From the NCBI GenBank assembly GCA_963845085.1, contig CAWJQI010000005.1:320001-384000 (forward strand): DNA of 64,000 bases, written 5' to 3'. Positions within the stretch are counted from its first letter, which is position 1. Every line of letters begins with the position of its first letter. The stretch comes from Candidatus Fermentibacterota bacterium. Its GTDB lineage: Bacteria > Fermentibacterota > Fermentibacteria > Fermentibacterales > JCC-6. This document shows, piece by piece, positions 32,279 to 43,362 of this stretch. The translations under genes were made by a program, and so were the position numbers. The notes under the pieces were generated by a model. The model made no database searches and was not told where the DNA came from. It was given only the letters and a program-made list of their open reading frames with translations.

Positions 32279-33117
32279 GACGCCCTCACTGCGGTCCTGA
32301 GCCTTGCAGACCTTGCCCGCGGGTTCTCTCCCGTCTCCTCGGGGGAGGGGAGCTGCCACGGGGGGTCGGTGCTCAGGAAACAGGGTGAATCGCGGAAAAG
32401 AAGCTTCACCGCCCTGTCCTCGAGTGAATGGAACGTGATGAAGGCGACCCTTGCCATTGGCATGAGCCACTGGTGCAGCCCTGAAAGCAGTTTCTCAAGC
32501 TCTCCGAGCTCATCGTTGACAAAAACCCGGAACGCCTGGAAGACCCTTGAAAGGGGTTTGACCGGATTGCCGCCCACTGCCCGCATCACAGCCGCCCTGA
32601 GTTCGAGCGATGTGCGCACCGGCATTGCACGGCGGATCTCGCGGGCAATGCCCCTGCTCCTTCCCTCCTGGCCGTACCGGTAGATGATGTCGGCGATCTC
32701 CGCCTCGCCCATCGAACGGAGCAGTTCATGCAGGGGAACGCCCCTGGATGTGTCGAACCTCATGTCGAGGGGGCCGTCGGTTCTGTACGAGAACCCACGG
32801 GAGGGATCGTCGAGCTGAAACGAGCTGAGGCCAAGGTCGAACAGGGCGCCCGCCGCAGGGGCTCGAAGCAGGGATGGAATTTCTGTGTAGCTTCCGTTGT
32901 GCACGGTGACAGAGGGCTCATGCCTGTACCGCTCCGCGAGTGCGGAGGCAAATACCGGGTCACGCTCCACGGCGAGAAGGGGCCTTCCCGGGCAGCAGGC
33001 AAGAAGCGCTCCAAGGTGCCCGCCGCCGCCCGCCGTTCCGTCGACTATCAAGCCCTCCGGCGACAGCTCCAGGAACCGGGTGACCCTGTGCACCATGATT
33101 GGAACATGCCCGCTCAC
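32275..33117 (-). CDS. rsmH: 16S rRNA m4C1402 methyltransferase
   Basis: DGTAGGGGH, DLGLSSFQLD, PLDMR, FHSLEDR, NPRARSA. Confidence 0.96.
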   Translation of the reverse strand: MSGHVPIMVHRVTRFLELSPEGLIVDGTAGGGGHLGALLACCPGRPLLAVERDPVFASALAERYRHEPSVTVHNGSYTEIPSLLRAPAAGALFDLGLSSFQLDDPSRGFSYRTDGPLDMRFDTSRGVPLHELLRSMGEAEIADIIYRYGQEGRSRGIAREIRRAMPVRTSLELRAAVMRAVGGNPVKPLSRVFQAFRVFVNDELGELEKLLSGLHQWLMPMARVAFITFHSLEDRAVKLLFRDSPCFLSTDPPWQLPSPEETGENPRARSARLRTAVRAS

Positions 33118-33127
33118 GACGCCCCCT

Positions 33128-33568
33128 TTAAAGGTCTATGTCAAGTGTCTCGGCGATGTCCTCGAAGGATTCCTCTTCCGTCCGCATGTAGGAATCGTAC
33201 TTCCGGGGATCCCAGAGCTCGATGCGGTCGAACTGGCCGAGAAACATGACCTCGCTGCTGATGCCTGCCGCTTCCTGCATGTCGGCCGGAATGGCTATTC
33301 TTCCCTGGGAATCAACGGTCACCGGCCTGAGCTTTGCACCCACCCAGCGCAGGAACCGTCTGTGCTGCCTGTTGCTGCGGGAAAGCTTCTGCTCGAAGCC
33401 CTCGCGGATCTGTTCCCATTTTTCGGCCTGGTAGAGAACGAGGCAGTTGTCCAACTCCCTGTTGAGGTAGAGGTCCTCGCCCGTGAGCAGGCGGCGGAAC
33501 TGGGCGGGCACGCTGACCCTCCCCTTGTCATCGAGTGTGTGAATGTGGGTGCCTATGAATTCCACCAT
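33128..33568 (-). CDS. mraZ: Transcriptional regulator MraZ
   Basis: LDDKGRVSVP, VDSQGRI, IELW. Confidence 0.95.
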   Translation of the reverse strand: MVEFIGTHIHTLDDKGRVSVPAQFRRLLTGEDLYLNRELDNCLVLYQAEKWEQIREGFEQKLSRSNRQHRRFLRWVGAKLRPVTVDSQGRIAIPADMQEAAGISSEVMFLGQFDRIELWDPRKYDSYMRTEEESFEDIAETLDIDL

Positions 33569-33590
33569 GATGCCTCCCCCTATGGCGGAA

Positions 33591-33643
33591 TCATTACCCC
33601 ACTTTACCCCACTGTCAACCCACTTTACCCCACGAATTCCCAC
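33591..33643 (-). promoter_or_regulatory. dcw promoter with five GTGGG MraZ boxes
   Basis: CCCAC on plus at 33598, 33608, 33619, 33629 and 33639 (10-11 nt period); TTGACA at 33613-33618 between boxes, with TAATGA 16 nt downstream. Confidence 0.85.
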
Positions 33644-33690
33644 AGAGGGCAAGGGACTTCCCCGGCTGAAGGAATGGCGGTCTCACGGTG

Positions 33691-35913
33691 TTACTGGTCT
33701 GATGAGGGAAGATCGACGGTGGGGTCGATATCCTTGCGGTACGAGTACCTGTAGCGGTAGGTGTAGTAGTTGATGCCAGAGTAGCCCCTGTCGGGTTCGA
33801 AGCCGTTGAGCACAGCCCCGGCCATGTGGCAGCCCGTTCTCTCCATCTTCTGCCAAACCGTGGCGACGACCTTGGTCTGCACTTCGCCGGCCCTGGTCAC
33901 GAGAAGCACGGTATCCACCGACGGGGCCATAACCATTGCGTCGGTTACAAGCGCCACCGGCGGGGCGTCGATAATGACCATGTCGAATCTGGGCAGGAAC
34001 GTGTCAAAGAACTTCGATGCCGCGGCAGCGCCGACCAGTTCGGCGGGGTTGTGCGGGAGGTGCCCGCTCGGGAGAAGGAACAGGTTCGGTTCGATGGTCT
34101 CGTGGATGCAGTCATCGAGCGAGGCTTTGCCAGCAACCAGTTCGGTGAAGCCCGGCTTCTTCGAAAGGCCGAACACCTTGTGCAGCATGGGTCTTCTGAG
34201 GTCGCAGTCGATGAGCAGGACCTTCTTGCCGGTTCTGGCTTCCGCAACGGAAAGGTTTGTTGCCGTGGTGGACTTGCCCTCCCGCGGGCCGCAGCTCGTT
34301 ATGAGAACCTTTCTCACGCTCTCGCCCACCTTCACGAAATCCATGCTCGTTCGAAGGTCGCGGAAGGCCTCGGAATCGGGTGACACGGGTTTGTCGACGA
34401 GAACGATGCTGACCATGTCCTTTCTGGCGGTAGCGTTCTTCGGGATGACACCGATTACCGTGATGCCGAGCTTCTCGAGCTGGTCGGGCGTTCTCACAGT
34501 GACGTCCAGCTGGTGGAGCAGGAAGACAACGCCGATCCCCAGCGCCAGCCCCACAAGAAGCCCCATCATCAGGTTCTTCTGCGTGGTGGGCAGGATCATG
34601 AGACCGGGAAGGGCGGTGTCGATGATGGTCACGTTGCCGATCTGCCCGACCTCGGCGATGCGTATCTCCTCGAACTTGGTGCGGAGGAGTATGTAGATGT
34701 TTTCGCTTACGGTGCGGTTCCGCTCGAGCCTCGCGAGTTCGTATTCAAGCACCGGAAGGTCGGTCAGTCCATCCTCAAGCGTGCCCAGTGCGGATTCGAG
34801 GGCTGTCCTTCTCGCCATGGCAGTGCGGTACTCAGCCTCGGCTTCGACAAGGCTGCTCACCATGTTGTCGACCGCTCCGGCCGGATCTTCGGGATGGCTG
34901 ATGCCCGAGGCGCCGGCTATCGCATCGGCAAGCTCGCCTGCGAACCCCGATATCGTCCGCTCGATATCCATGACGGCGGGGGAATCAGGGGTCGCGCCCC
35001 GTGCGAGGAGGGCGGCCCGCGAGGCCTCGAGTCTCGAGATGTTTCCCTGGAGGGTTCTGATCAGTTCGCTGTTCACGGTACCGAGGTCCGAAGCAAGCGT
35101 ACCCCGCTGGCTTTCGAGCTGCCCCGTGAAATAGTCGCGGCGGACGGCGGCGGACGAAGCCTCGATGCCTGCAGCCATGGCATCGCTCTGGAAAACTGCC
35201 ACAGTTGCGATCAGGTGGCTGGTTTCGGAGGAAAGGTCAACCACCTCGTTCTCTTCCTTGAAAAGACGCAGCTCCTCCTCCGCCGTTTCCAGCTCGGTGG
35301 TTATCTGCTCGAGCTGCGACTCGAGAAAGACCCTGACCTGGCGGTTCTCACCCCGCGCCTGGCTCTGGCTCCATCTGTGGTAGACATTGAGAGTGAGGTT
35401 TGCGAGAACCGCCGAGGCCTCGGGGCTGTACCCCACCGCAGAGAGTGAGAAAAAATCGGTGTCCTTCACCCAGCTGACGGAGATGCTGCTCCGGACCAGC
35501 CCGACGAGGCTGTTGCGGAGGTACGGCGATGCTGGCGGCTCGCCGTGGAAAAGCACCACCACGAGGCTGTCGGCTGCCGGGGATCGCAGTATTGAATCTG
35601 CAACAAGTTCAGCCATGGAGCGGCTTCGGATGAGGTGGATCTGATTGTTCCTCACGGCATCGAGCTGGTACCAGAGGGCGCCGGGCATATCAAGCGTGCG
35701 GGACATTGCGTTTTCCATGTTGTAGAGGAAACTGGCGTCGGAACTGTATACAGGCATTGTCCTGGCGGTTATCCAGGAGGCCGTGAGCAGCCCGAGAACA
35801 ACCCCGCCCAGAATGATCCATTTGCCCCGGCGGAAAAGCCAGAGGTATTCCTGCAGGTTGATGCTTTCGCCCTCCTGCGGCGTGCCCTGCTGGCCCGTTC
35901 TTATTTCACTCAC
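33691..35913 (-). CDS. wzc: Polysaccharide co-polymerase / tyrosine autokinase (Wzc/GumC family)
   Basis: Two TMs flanking a coiled coil; GPREGKS, IDCDLRRP, IIDAPP; C-terminal Tyr cluster YYTYRYRYSY. Confidence 0.9.
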   Translation of the reverse strand: MSEIRTGQQGTPQEGESINLQEYLWLFRRGKWIILGGVVLGLLTASWITARTMPVYSSDASFLYNMENAMSRTLDMPGALWYQLDAVRNNQIHLIRSRSMAELVADSILRSPAADSLVVVLFHGEPPASPYLRNSLVGLVRSSISVSWVKDTDFFSLSAVGYSPEASAVLANLTLNVYHRWSQSQARGENRQVRVFLESQLEQITTELETAEEELRLFKEENEVVDLSSETSHLIATVAVFQSDAMAAGIEASSAAVRRDYFTGQLESQRGTLASDLGTVNSELIRTLQGNISRLEASRAALLARGATPDSPAVMDIERTISGFAGELADAIAGASGISHPEDPAGAVDNMVSSLVEAEAEYRTAMARRTALESALGTLEDGLTDLPVLEYELARLERNRTVSENIYILLRTKFEEIRIAEVGQIGNVTIIDTALPGLMILPTTQKNLMMGLLVGLALGIGVVFLLHQLDVTVRTPDQLEKLGITVIGVIPKNATARKDMVSIVLVDKPVSPDSEAFRDLRTSMDFVKVGESVRKVLITSCGPREGKSTTATNLSVAEARTGKKVLLIDCDLRRPMLHKVFGLSKKPGFTELVAGKASLDDCIHETIEPNLFLLPSGHLPHNPAELVGAAAASKFFDTFLPRFDMVIIDAPPVALVTDAMVMAPSVDTVLLVTRAGEVQTKVVATVWQKMERTGCHMAGAVLNGFEPDRGYSGINYYTYRYRYSYRKDIDPTVDLPSSDQ

Positions 35914-36326
35914 TTGACGAGCACCAGTATGAGGTTGAACGCGACGATTATCTTGTAGGTGAAATCGACAACTTCCTTCCACCACTCGTAGCTGCTCCGG
36001 CCTATGAAAATCGTAACGCCGGGCTCGATCAGGGGTACGGCTTCGCCGCGGCCGTCGATGTAGGCCCTAAGGTCGTAATCGCTCTGGAAGTCGACATAGA
36101 CGATCTGAACGTTATCGAGGTCGGCCTGAGAGGTCGGGCCACCGGCAGCGCTGAGAGCTGCCACAAGGTCGGCGTTCCATGGAACCTGGTGGGCTCCGGG
36201 GTTTCTGACCTCGCCCCAGACGTTGACCGTCATGGTCACCTGTTCAGCATCAACGCCGGGCACGATGTATCCCCCTCCCGAAACGGGGGGCTGGCCGATG
36301 ATGAATGCCGCAAGCAATAAGATCAC
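35910..36326 (-). CDS. SLBB-domain polysaccharide export-related protein
   Basis: VNVWGEVRNPG..ALSAAGG; next to wzc. Confidence 0.8.
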   Translation of the reverse strand: MILLLAAFIIGQPPVSGGGYIVPGVDAEQVTMTVNVWGEVRNPGAHQVPWNADLVAALSAAGGPTSQADLDNVQIVYVDFQSDYDLRAYIDGRGEAVPLIEPGVTIFIGRSSYEWWKEVVDFTYKIIVAFNLILVLVK

Positions 36327-37642
36327 GCCTTGAACACCCTCTCGATTCCCCTCGTGATGCCGGCACAGGCGTTCCTGGTATCGACGATCAGGCTGCTGTT
36401 GTCAACGATCCACTGCCAGTCGTAACAGGAGTGATCAGTGATCACCACGATGCAATCATAAGCAGACAGCGTATCACCGGATAGCTCGACGCCGACCGGC
36501 TGCCTGCTTGTCTGCCGGGTGCTTGGCGGAATTCTCGGGATGTACGGATCGTTGTAGTCAACCAGGGCGCCCCTGGAGATGAGGATTTCCATCACTTTGA
36601 GGGCGGGGGTTTCCCTGTAGTCGTCGATGTCGGGCTTGTAAGCCATGCCGAGAATGAGAATCCGGCTTCCGTTGACCGGCTTCTTCCGGGTGTTGAGGGC
36701 TTCGGATACCCTTTCGCAAACAAAATCGGGCATCGACGTGTTGATCTCCCCCGCGAGCTCGATGAACCGGGTCGGCATCTCGTACTGTCTCGCCTTCCAC
36801 GTGAGGTAGAAGGGATCGATCGGGATGCAGTGGCCACCCAGACCGGGGCCCGGATAGAATGGCGTGAAACCGAACGGTTTCGACGATGCAGCCCGGATGA
36901 CCTCCCAGATGTCTATGCCCATCCTGTGGGCCAGAAGCTTGAGCTCGTTGACAAGGGCGATGTTCACAGCCCTGTAGGTGTTCTCGGTAATCTTGGCCAT
37001 CTCGGCGACCTCGGGAGAGCTCACCGGTATCACTTTGTCGATGGCGAACGAGTAGACGAACACCGCTGCCTCGGTGCAGCCCGGTGTCAGGCCCCCCACC
37101 AGTTTGGGTATCGTACGGGTGTTGTAGACGGGATTGCCGGGATCCTCGCGCTCGGGCGAGAAGGCCACGTGGAAGTCCACTCCCGCCTTCAGCCCGCCTT
37201 TCTCAAGAACGGGCACCATCTCGTCACGGGTTGTGCCGGGGTAGGTTGTCGACTCGAGGATGACCAGCTGCCCCCTCGAGAGAACGGCGGCGGCCTCCCT
37301 GCACGAATTGATAACGAAGCTCAGGTCAGGCTGACGGTGGGTGCCGAGCGGCGTCGGAACCGCAATGATGACGACATCCGCACCGGCCAGCACCGAGAAG
37401 TCGGTGGTCGCCCTGAGCAGACCCGTGTTCATGGCCCTGCCGACCTTGTCGTCGGAAATGTGCTTCAGATAACTGCGTTTCTGTTCGAGAAGCCGGGGCT
37501 TTTCCGGGTCGATGTCCACACCCAGAACCTCGCAGCCGCCAAGAGCGAACTCCATGGCGAGCGGAAGACCCACGTATCCAAGGCCAATTACACCCACAAC
37601 GGGTTTTGCACGCCCCGCAAGCCGTTCCTTAAAGGCGCTCAA
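36323..37642 (-). CDS. UDP-N-acetylhexosamine dehydrogenase (WbpA/WecC family)
   Basis: GLGYVGLP, LESTTYPGTT, SPEREDPG, GGHCIPIDP; likely TTG start at 37642. Confidence 0.9.
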   Translation of the reverse strand: MSAFKERLAGRAKPVVGVIGLGYVGLPLAMEFALGGCEVLGVDIDPEKPRLLEQKRSYLKHISDDKVGRAMNTGLLRATTDFSVLAGADVVIIAVPTPLGTHRQPDLSFVINSCREAAAVLSRGQLVILESTTYPGTTRDEMVPVLEKGGLKAGVDFHVAFSPEREDPGNPVYNTRTIPKLVGGLTPGCTEAAVFVYSFAIDKVIPVSSPEVAEMAKITENTYRAVNIALVNELKLLAHRMGIDIWEVIRAASSKPFGFTPFYPGPGLGGHCIPIDPFYLTWKARQYEMPTRFIELAGEINTSMPDFVCERVSEALNTRKKPVNGSRILILGMAYKPDIDDYRETPALKVMEILISRGALVDYNDPYIPRIPPSTRQTSRQPVGVELSGDTLSAYDCIVVITDHSCYDWQWIVDNSSLIVDTRNACAGITRGIERVFKA

Positions 37643-37643
37643 G

Positions 37644-38945
37644 TCAGCCCCTTCCAATGCAGTGGTATGTGAAACCCATCCCTCTGAGTTTGCCGGGGTT
37701 CCAGATGTTTCTGCCGTCAAAGATCACCCTTTTCCGAAGCAGACCGTGGATGCGCTCGAAATCGGGTTCCCTGAATTCGGTCCATTCCGTGACGAGAACC
37801 AGTGCATCGGCTCCCTTGAGGGCGTCGTAGCCTGACTCGCAGAACTCCACGCTGTCACCGAGCATGCGTCTGGCGTAGTCCATTGCCTCGGGATCGAACG
37901 CCTTCACCCTTGCCCCCATCGCAAGAAGGTCATCGATGAGTACCAGAGACGGGGCGTCGCGCATGTCATCGGTGTTGGGCTTGAAGGAAAGCCCCCACAC
38001 GGCGAATGTAAGGCCGGTGAGGTCGCTGCCGAATTCGCGGGCTATCTTCTCGCCCAGGATCTTCTTCTGCAGTTCGTTCACCTCGGTGACCGCATCGAGG
38101 ATGCGAAGGGGATAGCCGTGCTCCATGGCCGTGAAGCGCAGCGCCTTGACGTCCTTCGGGAAACAGCTGCCGCCGTATCCGACGCCAGGAAAGATGAAAT
38201 GGGGTCCGATGCGGGAGTCGCTGCCGATGCCGCGGCGAATGTCGTGCACATCTGCTCCGACGATGTCGCACAGGTTCGCGATCTCGTTGATGAAGCTGAT
38301 CTTGGTGGCCAGCAAGCTGTTGGCGACATACTTGGTGAGCTCGGCGGAACGGTTGCTCATGACGTAGATGGGATTGTTCGTGCGCACGAAGGGACGGTAG
38401 AGCTCCCTCATGATCTCGGCGGTTTCGGGGGAGTCGGTTCCGATCACGACCCGGTCGGGCTTCATGAAGTCGTCGATCGCATCGCCCTCCTTCAGGAACT
38501 CGGGGTTGCTCACGACGTTTACGGGATGGTCCGTGTACTTCCGTACCTCGTCCCGTACCCGCTCCGCGGTTCCAACTGGAACCGTGCTCTTGTTCACGAC
38601 GATGCGCGGCCCGTCCATGTTGCGGCCGATCTCGGCAGCCACGGCAAGCACATGCTGGAGGTCGGCGCTGCCGTCCTCGTCGGGAGGCGTTCCCACCGCG
38701 ATGAAAATAATGCTGCTCGAAAGGACCGCGTGCGGGGTGTCGTCGGTGAAGGAGAGCCTCCCTTCCTTCACGTTTCTTTCAACAAGCGTGTCGAGACCGG
38801 GTTCGTAAATCGGCATCACGCCGCGGCGAAGGCTTTCGACCTTCTTCCTGTCATTATCGGCACAGACGACGGTGTTTCCCATTTCGGCAAGGCATGCCGC
38901 TGCAACCAGCCCCACATACCCGCTGCCGATCACTGCTATCTTCAT
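37644..38945 (-). CDS. ugd: UDP-glucose 6-dehydrogenase
   Basis: GSGYVGL, NPEFLKEG, GYGGSCFPKD, FKPNTDDMR. Confidence 0.93.
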   Translation of the reverse strand: MKIAVIGSGYVGLVAAACLAEMGNTVVCADNDRKKVESLRRGVMPIYEPGLDTLVERNVKEGRLSFTDDTPHAVLSSSIIFIAVGTPPDEDGSADLQHVLAVAAEIGRNMDGPRIVVNKSTVPVGTAERVRDEVRKYTDHPVNVVSNPEFLKEGDAIDDFMKPDRVVIGTDSPETAEIMRELYRPFVRTNNPIYVMSNRSAELTKYVANSLLATKISFINEIANLCDIVGADVHDIRRGIGSDSRIGPHFIFPGVGYGGSCFPKDVKALRFTAMEHGYPLRILDAVTEVNELQKKILGEKIAREFGSDLTGLTFAVWGLSFKPNTDDMRDAPSLVLIDDLLAMGARVKAFDPEAMDYARRMLGDSVEFCESGYDALKGADALVLVTEWTEFREPDFERIHGLLRKRVIFDGRNIWNPGKLRGMGFTYHCIGRG

Positions 38946-39004
38946 CTTTCCTCCGTGTGGAAGGATATGCTGCCTCTTCCCCGGTCGGGGAACATTTCCC
39001 TGTG

Positions 39005-39033
39005 AGAATAACGAACCCGGTAATTGGTGTAAA
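39005..39033 (-). promoter_or_regulatory. Sigma70-like promoter for ugd-wzc
   Basis: TTTACA-N17-TATTCT in the selB-ugd gap. Confidence 0.55.
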
Positions 39034-39058
39034 GGATGACGCTGCGAAGGGCTTCCTG

Positions 39059-40945
39059 TCAGGGACGGTTCAGTTTTCTGATCTCGTCCTCCCTGACCGT
39101 GAGCCCACGGTTGTCAAGCAGCAGGGCCCACATCAGGGCGAACTTCCTGCTGGTTCCGAGGGCCTCGCGGAACTCCCCCAACCTGAAGCCCTCCCTGCCG
39201 AAAGAGTTCGCGATCACCATGACAACACCCTCAAGCATGCGGGGGGTCGTTACCACCGCTTCATCCAGCGGGATCACCATGCCGCGGGCCGACAGGGCTT
39301 CAATGTCCTCCCTGCGGACCCCTTCGAGCGGAAGTGCAGCCCCTTCATATCCGCCTTTCTCGACTGCTGCGATGATCTCCGCCGCATCCGATCCCGCCTT
39401 CCCCGCGAGTTCACGCGGGAAGCCGGATGCGGCTATGAAATCGCCCCTTCGCTCCAGTGAACCCTTTTCGATCAGGCTGGAAAGAACGTGCCTGATCAGC
39501 CAGGCAGGGGTTCCGGGGGGCAGTTTTCTTGCAAGTGCGGATGAGGCGATGCCCGGAGCCATGGGCACACTTCTGTGAACGGACTCGACCGCTCCGGAAA
39601 GCTTCCGGGAAAGATCGGCCACTGTGGGGGCAAGAACGATCCGCTCGCTCTTGCCGTCGCTGATCCGTTCAGCCCTTCCTTCCTCCGAGAGCCTCAGGGC
39701 TGCGTGGCCGGCTTCCGTCGGATCGCAGCCCGATGAAGCCACGAACTCCTGCAGCAGCACGGAGTGGTCGGGGCTGTCTTCCATGGCTTCGATCATTACG
39801 TCGGCAAGATCACCCCTGCTCAAAAGCTCGAGATGTGTGAGCCTGACTTCCCTGAACCTGGCCCTCACCTTGGGAGTACCGGTGTCGAGGACCACTCCGC
39901 CCCCCATCGTCTGCACCGGCGAATACCGTCTGAAGACGAAACGGTCCCCCGGCATCGCAACAACGGGGTGTTCGAGTTGAAAATGCACGAATCCTTCGCC
40001 GCCCCTGGGGATTGCAGCGCCCTCGACGGGGATGGCCCTGGCCATGACCTCGGCTGTCCCAAGGTGGATCCTCACCCTCTGTCTGGGGTGAAGGTCGACC
40101 TCGCCCGGAAGGACCGAGCACCTGGTATCGAGACTGTTCAGGGCCTTGAGCCATCCGGGCTCACCGAGCACGGCGCCCCGCTGAACGTCTTCCTTGTCCA
40201 GCCCGGTGAGATTCAGCGCTATCCTGTCGCCGGCCACACCCTGCGCTGACTTCCGGTGATCGTTCACCCCGAGTTCCCGGACCCTGTACTGCTTTCCGCC
40301 GGGCTGCACCTCGACCATGTCGCCGGGTCTCACAACCCCGGAAAGGCCGGTGCCGCAGACGACGGTTCCGAAGCCCTTGAGGCTGAACACTCTGTCCACG
40401 GGGAGCCTGAAGCGTCCCTCCGGGCTTCGCAGGGTGACGCCGTGGACCATCCGAAAGATCTCATCCTTCAGCTCGGAGAGCCCCGTTCCTGTGACCGCAG
40501 AAACCCGGATGACAGGAGCGCCTTCGGCGGGGGTGCCCCTCAGGGCTTCCCTGACCTCCTCCTCGGCAAGCTCCTGGAGATCCTCATCCACCAGGTCGCA
40601 CTTCGACAAAGCCACTATTCCACGGTCGACCTCGAGCAGCCGGAGGATGTCGAGATGCTCCCTCGTCTGGGGCATCACCCCCTCATCCGCGCTCACGACA
40701 AGAAGAAAGCAGTCAACGGTGGAGACGCCTGCGACCATTGTTCTTATGAACTTCTCGTGGCCCGGTACGTCGATGAAACTCACAGTCTCGCCGTCCGGCC
40801 CCTGAAGGAAAACGTAACCGAGCTCGATCGTGATGCCGCGCTGCTTCTCCTCCTTCAGGCGGTCGGGATCCCTGCCTGTCAGCGCCAGCATGAGGCTGCT
40901 CTTGCCGTGGTCTATGTGCCCTGCCGTGCCAACTATCACCCCCAC
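39059..40945 (-). CDS. selB: Selenocysteine-specific elongation factor
   Basis: [20 protein letters not shown]-terminal winged helix GTSRK; adjacent to selA. Confidence 0.95.
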   Translation of the reverse strand: MGVIVGTAGHIDHGKSSLMLALTGRDPDRLKEEKQRGITIELGYVFLQGPDGETVSFIDVPGHEKFIRTMVAGVSTVDCFLLVVSADEGVMPQTREHLDILRLLEVDRGIVALSKCDLVDEDLQELAEEEVREALRGTPAEGAPVIRVSAVTGTGLSELKDEIFRMVHGVTLRSPEGRFRLPVDRVFSLKGFGTVVCGTGLSGVVRPGDMVEVQPGGKQYRVRELGVNDHRKSAQGVAGDRIALNLTGLDKEDVQRGAVLGEPGWLKALNSLDTRCSVLPGEVDLHPRQRVRIHLGTAEVMARAIPVEGAAIPRGGEGFVHFQLEHPVVAMPGDRFVFRRYSPVQTMGGGVVLDTGTPKVRARFREVRLTHLELLSRGDLADVMIEAMEDSPDHSVLLQEFVASSGCDPTEAGHAALRLSEEGRAERISDGKSERIVLAPTVADLSRKLSGAVESVHRSVPMAPGIASSALARKLPPGTPAWLIRHVLSSLIEKGSLERRGDFIAASGFPRELAGKAGSDAAEIIAAVEKGGYEGAALPLEGVRREDIEALSARGMVIPLDEAVVTTPRMLEGVVMVIANSFGREGFRLGEFREALGTSRKFALMWALLLDNRGLTVREDEIRKLNRP

Positions 40946-42306
40946 AGCAGTTCCAGCTCCCTGTTCAGCCTGACGGCCAGCAAGGCTTCCTCGGAGGGGA
41001 AGACGGTTCTGAGATCGAGCTTCACCGAACCCTCCTCAACCCTTACCGCGACAGCGGGCGAACCGCTTCGCAACGCAAGCGCGAGGCTGTCAGGAGACGG
41101 GCAGGTCACCGAGACGCCGAATGACGGAATGGCTGTGTCGGGAAGGGCGCCGCTTCCGACAAAGCTGCCCATTTCCTCGCACACAAGTGCACAGGATGCC
41201 GGAATGACGAGTTTTTCTGCGAACGAATGCGCGCGGGCTTCGAGCTCCGCGGGCTTCGCGGCGAACATCGCGTAAACCGGGTGGTGCTTTACGAGGTAGT
41301 CGTCGTCCTCGAGAAAAAGCTTCAGGCATGCCTCGAGCCCGGCCAGGGTGAGTTTGCATACCCGCAGTGCGCGCGCAAGGGGATGTTTTCTTATGATCTC
41401 GATCCAGTGCTTCGTGCCGAGCAGGATTCCCGCCTGCGGGCCTCCGATCAGTTTATCCCCCGAGCAGGTGACCACAGAGGCGCCGTCCTGGATGCTCTGC
41501 TGCACGGTGGGTTCGGCAGGGAGACCGAATCGGTCAAGTGGAACCAGGCTGCCCGCCCCAAGGTCATCGATCACCGGAACGCCAGCTTTCCGCCCGAGTT
41601 CGACGAGTTCCGCGAGGGGAACTTCCCCTGTAAAGCCCCTGACCCTGTAATTGGAGGGATGAACCCTGAGGATTGCCCCGGTCCTCTCCGACACTGCCGA
41701 TTCGTAATCCCTCAGATGGGTTCGGTTCGTGCAGCCCACCTCGATCATGGTGCACCCGCTCTGGAGCATAACTTCCGGTATGCGGAAGGCTCCGCCTATC
41801 TCCACGAGCTGACCACGGGAAACGATAACCTCCCGCCCCCTCGCAAGAGCGGAAAGAACGAGCATTGTGGCCCCTGCATTGTTGTTGGCGACAGTGGCCG
41901 CCTCGGCGCCGGTCAACCTGGTGAGAAGCTTTTCGATGTGGCTGTCGCGGTGCCCCCTGCCGCCGGCCTGCCTGTCCCACTGCAGAACGGCATAGCCTGT
42001 CGCGGCACGGCGGATGTTCTCTACCGCAAGCGGTGGAAGGCATGCCCTCCCCAGTGCGGTATGCAGGATCACACCGGTGGCGTTGACAACGGTGGCCATG
42101 GACGATGCGCCTGCGGCTGCCGCCTTCTCCTCCGCCGCCTTCAGAAGGGTGGCGTGCGGTGGGCATTCCCCGCCTTCGAGGATGGCTTTCCTTGCCTCCT
42201 CGATCACCTCCCTGGCGGCATCCCTCGCAACCGATGGCGGATGGCCCGCAAGACCCTGGATCAGCACGTGGACCGGTGGAAGTCCCCTGAGCTGCTCTGT
42301 GCCCAT
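40936..42306 (-). CDS. selA: L-seryl-tRNA(Sec) selenium transferase
   Basis: [36 protein letters not shown]. Confidence 0.96.
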   Translation of the reverse strand: MGTEQLRGLPPVHVLIQGLAGHPPSVARDAAREVIEEARKAILEGGECPPHATLLKAAEEKAAAAGASSMATVVNATGVILHTALGRACLPPLAVENIRRAATGYAVLQWDRQAGGRGHRDSHIEKLLTRLTGAEAATVANNNAGATMLVLSALARGREVIVSRGQLVEIGGAFRIPEVMLQSGCTMIEVGCTNRTHLRDYESAVSERTGAILRVHPSNYRVRGFTGEVPLAELVELGRKAGVPVIDDLGAGSLVPLDRFGLPAEPTVQQSIQDGASVVTCSGDKLIGGPQAGILLGTKHWIEIIRKHPLARALRVCKLTLAGLEACLKLFLEDDDYLVKHHPVYAMFAAKPAELEARAHSFAEKLVIPASCALVCEEMGSFVGSGALPDTAIPSFGVSVTCPSPDSLALALRSGSPAVAVRVEEGSVKLDLRTVFPSEEALLAVRLNRELELLWG

Positions 42307-42321
42307 GGCCCCCTCCTTAAT

Positions 42322-43359
42322 CTACGTTTGCGCCAGGTGTGTTCCCATCATCCTGATGGACTTCTTCGGGCACTTGGGAACGCACTGGCCGCACCCCACA
42401 CACTTCTCGGATACAACCTCGTGTTTCTGCTTCAACTCGCCCAAAATGGCATGGGTCGGACAGACCTTGGTGCAGAGCGTGCAGCCGATGCATGTAGTGT
42501 CTATGAAAGCCTTTGGCCTTGTGGGCACCATGTCCACGATGGCCGAGGTCGGGCACTCTCCCGCGCAGATCCCGCAGTTGATGCATTTCGCCGGGTCGAT
42601 GTGCGCGAGGAAGCTGTCGATCGTGATGGCGTTGACAGGGCAGGCCGTGGCGCACTTGCCGCAGCCGATGCAGGCCACGGTGCAGGCCCTGCGGGCGATG
42701 CCGCCCTTGTCCCGGCTGGAACAGGCCACGATGACCTTCCTGTTCTCGGGCCAGAGGCTGATGATTCCCCTGGGACACGCCGATACGCATTTCCCGCAGC
42801 CCGTGCACTTCTCCGGCTCGACAACGGGAAGACCGTTCTCATCCATGTGTATCGCATCGAAGGGACAGGCCGACACGCAGTCGCCGAACCCCATGCATCC
42901 GTACCTGCAGAGCTTGTGCCCCTCCATGACAAGCAGCGCGGATGCGCAGCTTGAGGGACCGTGGTACGTGAAGGCGTCGACGGCGCTGTGCCCGCCTCCG
43001 CAGTGAACGACCGCCACCTTCCTTATGCTCTCGTCAACAGCCACACCAAGCAGTGCAGCGATCTTCGAGACAACACCTGCACCTGCGGCAACGCACCCGC
43101 CTGGAAGGACATCGCCCTTGACCACGGCTTCTGCGAAGGCGGCGCAGCCCGGGTATCCGCAGCCGCCGCAGTTGGCGCCGGGAAGGATTTCGCCGACCTT
43201 CTCAATCCTGGGATCCTTGGGGACGGCGAGTTTTTTGGCTGCGAGCGCGAGGCCGAGACCGAGAATGAGGCCGATGCCCCCGAGGACAAAAGCCGGAACA
43301 GTGACGACGGATGCCGTCCCGGAGGTAAGCAGAACCGACAGGATCATCTGTGAAGTCAT
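42322..43359 (-). CDS. rnfB: Rnf subunit B (long polyferredoxin form)
   Basis: LPGANCGGCGYPGC plus multiple CxxCxxCxxxCP motifs. Confidence 0.93.
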   Translation of the reverse strand: MTSQMILSVLLTSGTASVVTVPAFVLGGIGLILGLGLALAAKKLAVPKDPRIEKVGEILPGANCGGCGYPGCAAFAEAVVKGDVLPGGCVAAGAGVVSKIAALLGVAVDESIRKVAVVHCGGGHSAVDAFTYHGPSSCASALLVMEGHKLCRYGCMGFGDCVSACPFDAIHMDENGLPVVEPEKCTGCGKCVSACPRGIISLWPENRKVIVACSSRDKGGIARRACTVACIGCGKCATACPVNAITIDSFLAHIDPAKCINCGICAGECPTSAIVDMVPTRPKAFIDTTCIGCTLCTKVCPTHAILGELKQKHEVVSEKCVGCGQCVPKCPKKSIRMMGTHLAQT

Positions 43360-43362
43360 CCC

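Noticed and set aside
33595..33645. Short periodic repeats as CRISPR or VNTR
   Set aside because: The 10-11 nt GTGGG period upstream of mraZ is explained by MraZ boxes; no CRISPR array or cas gene seen.
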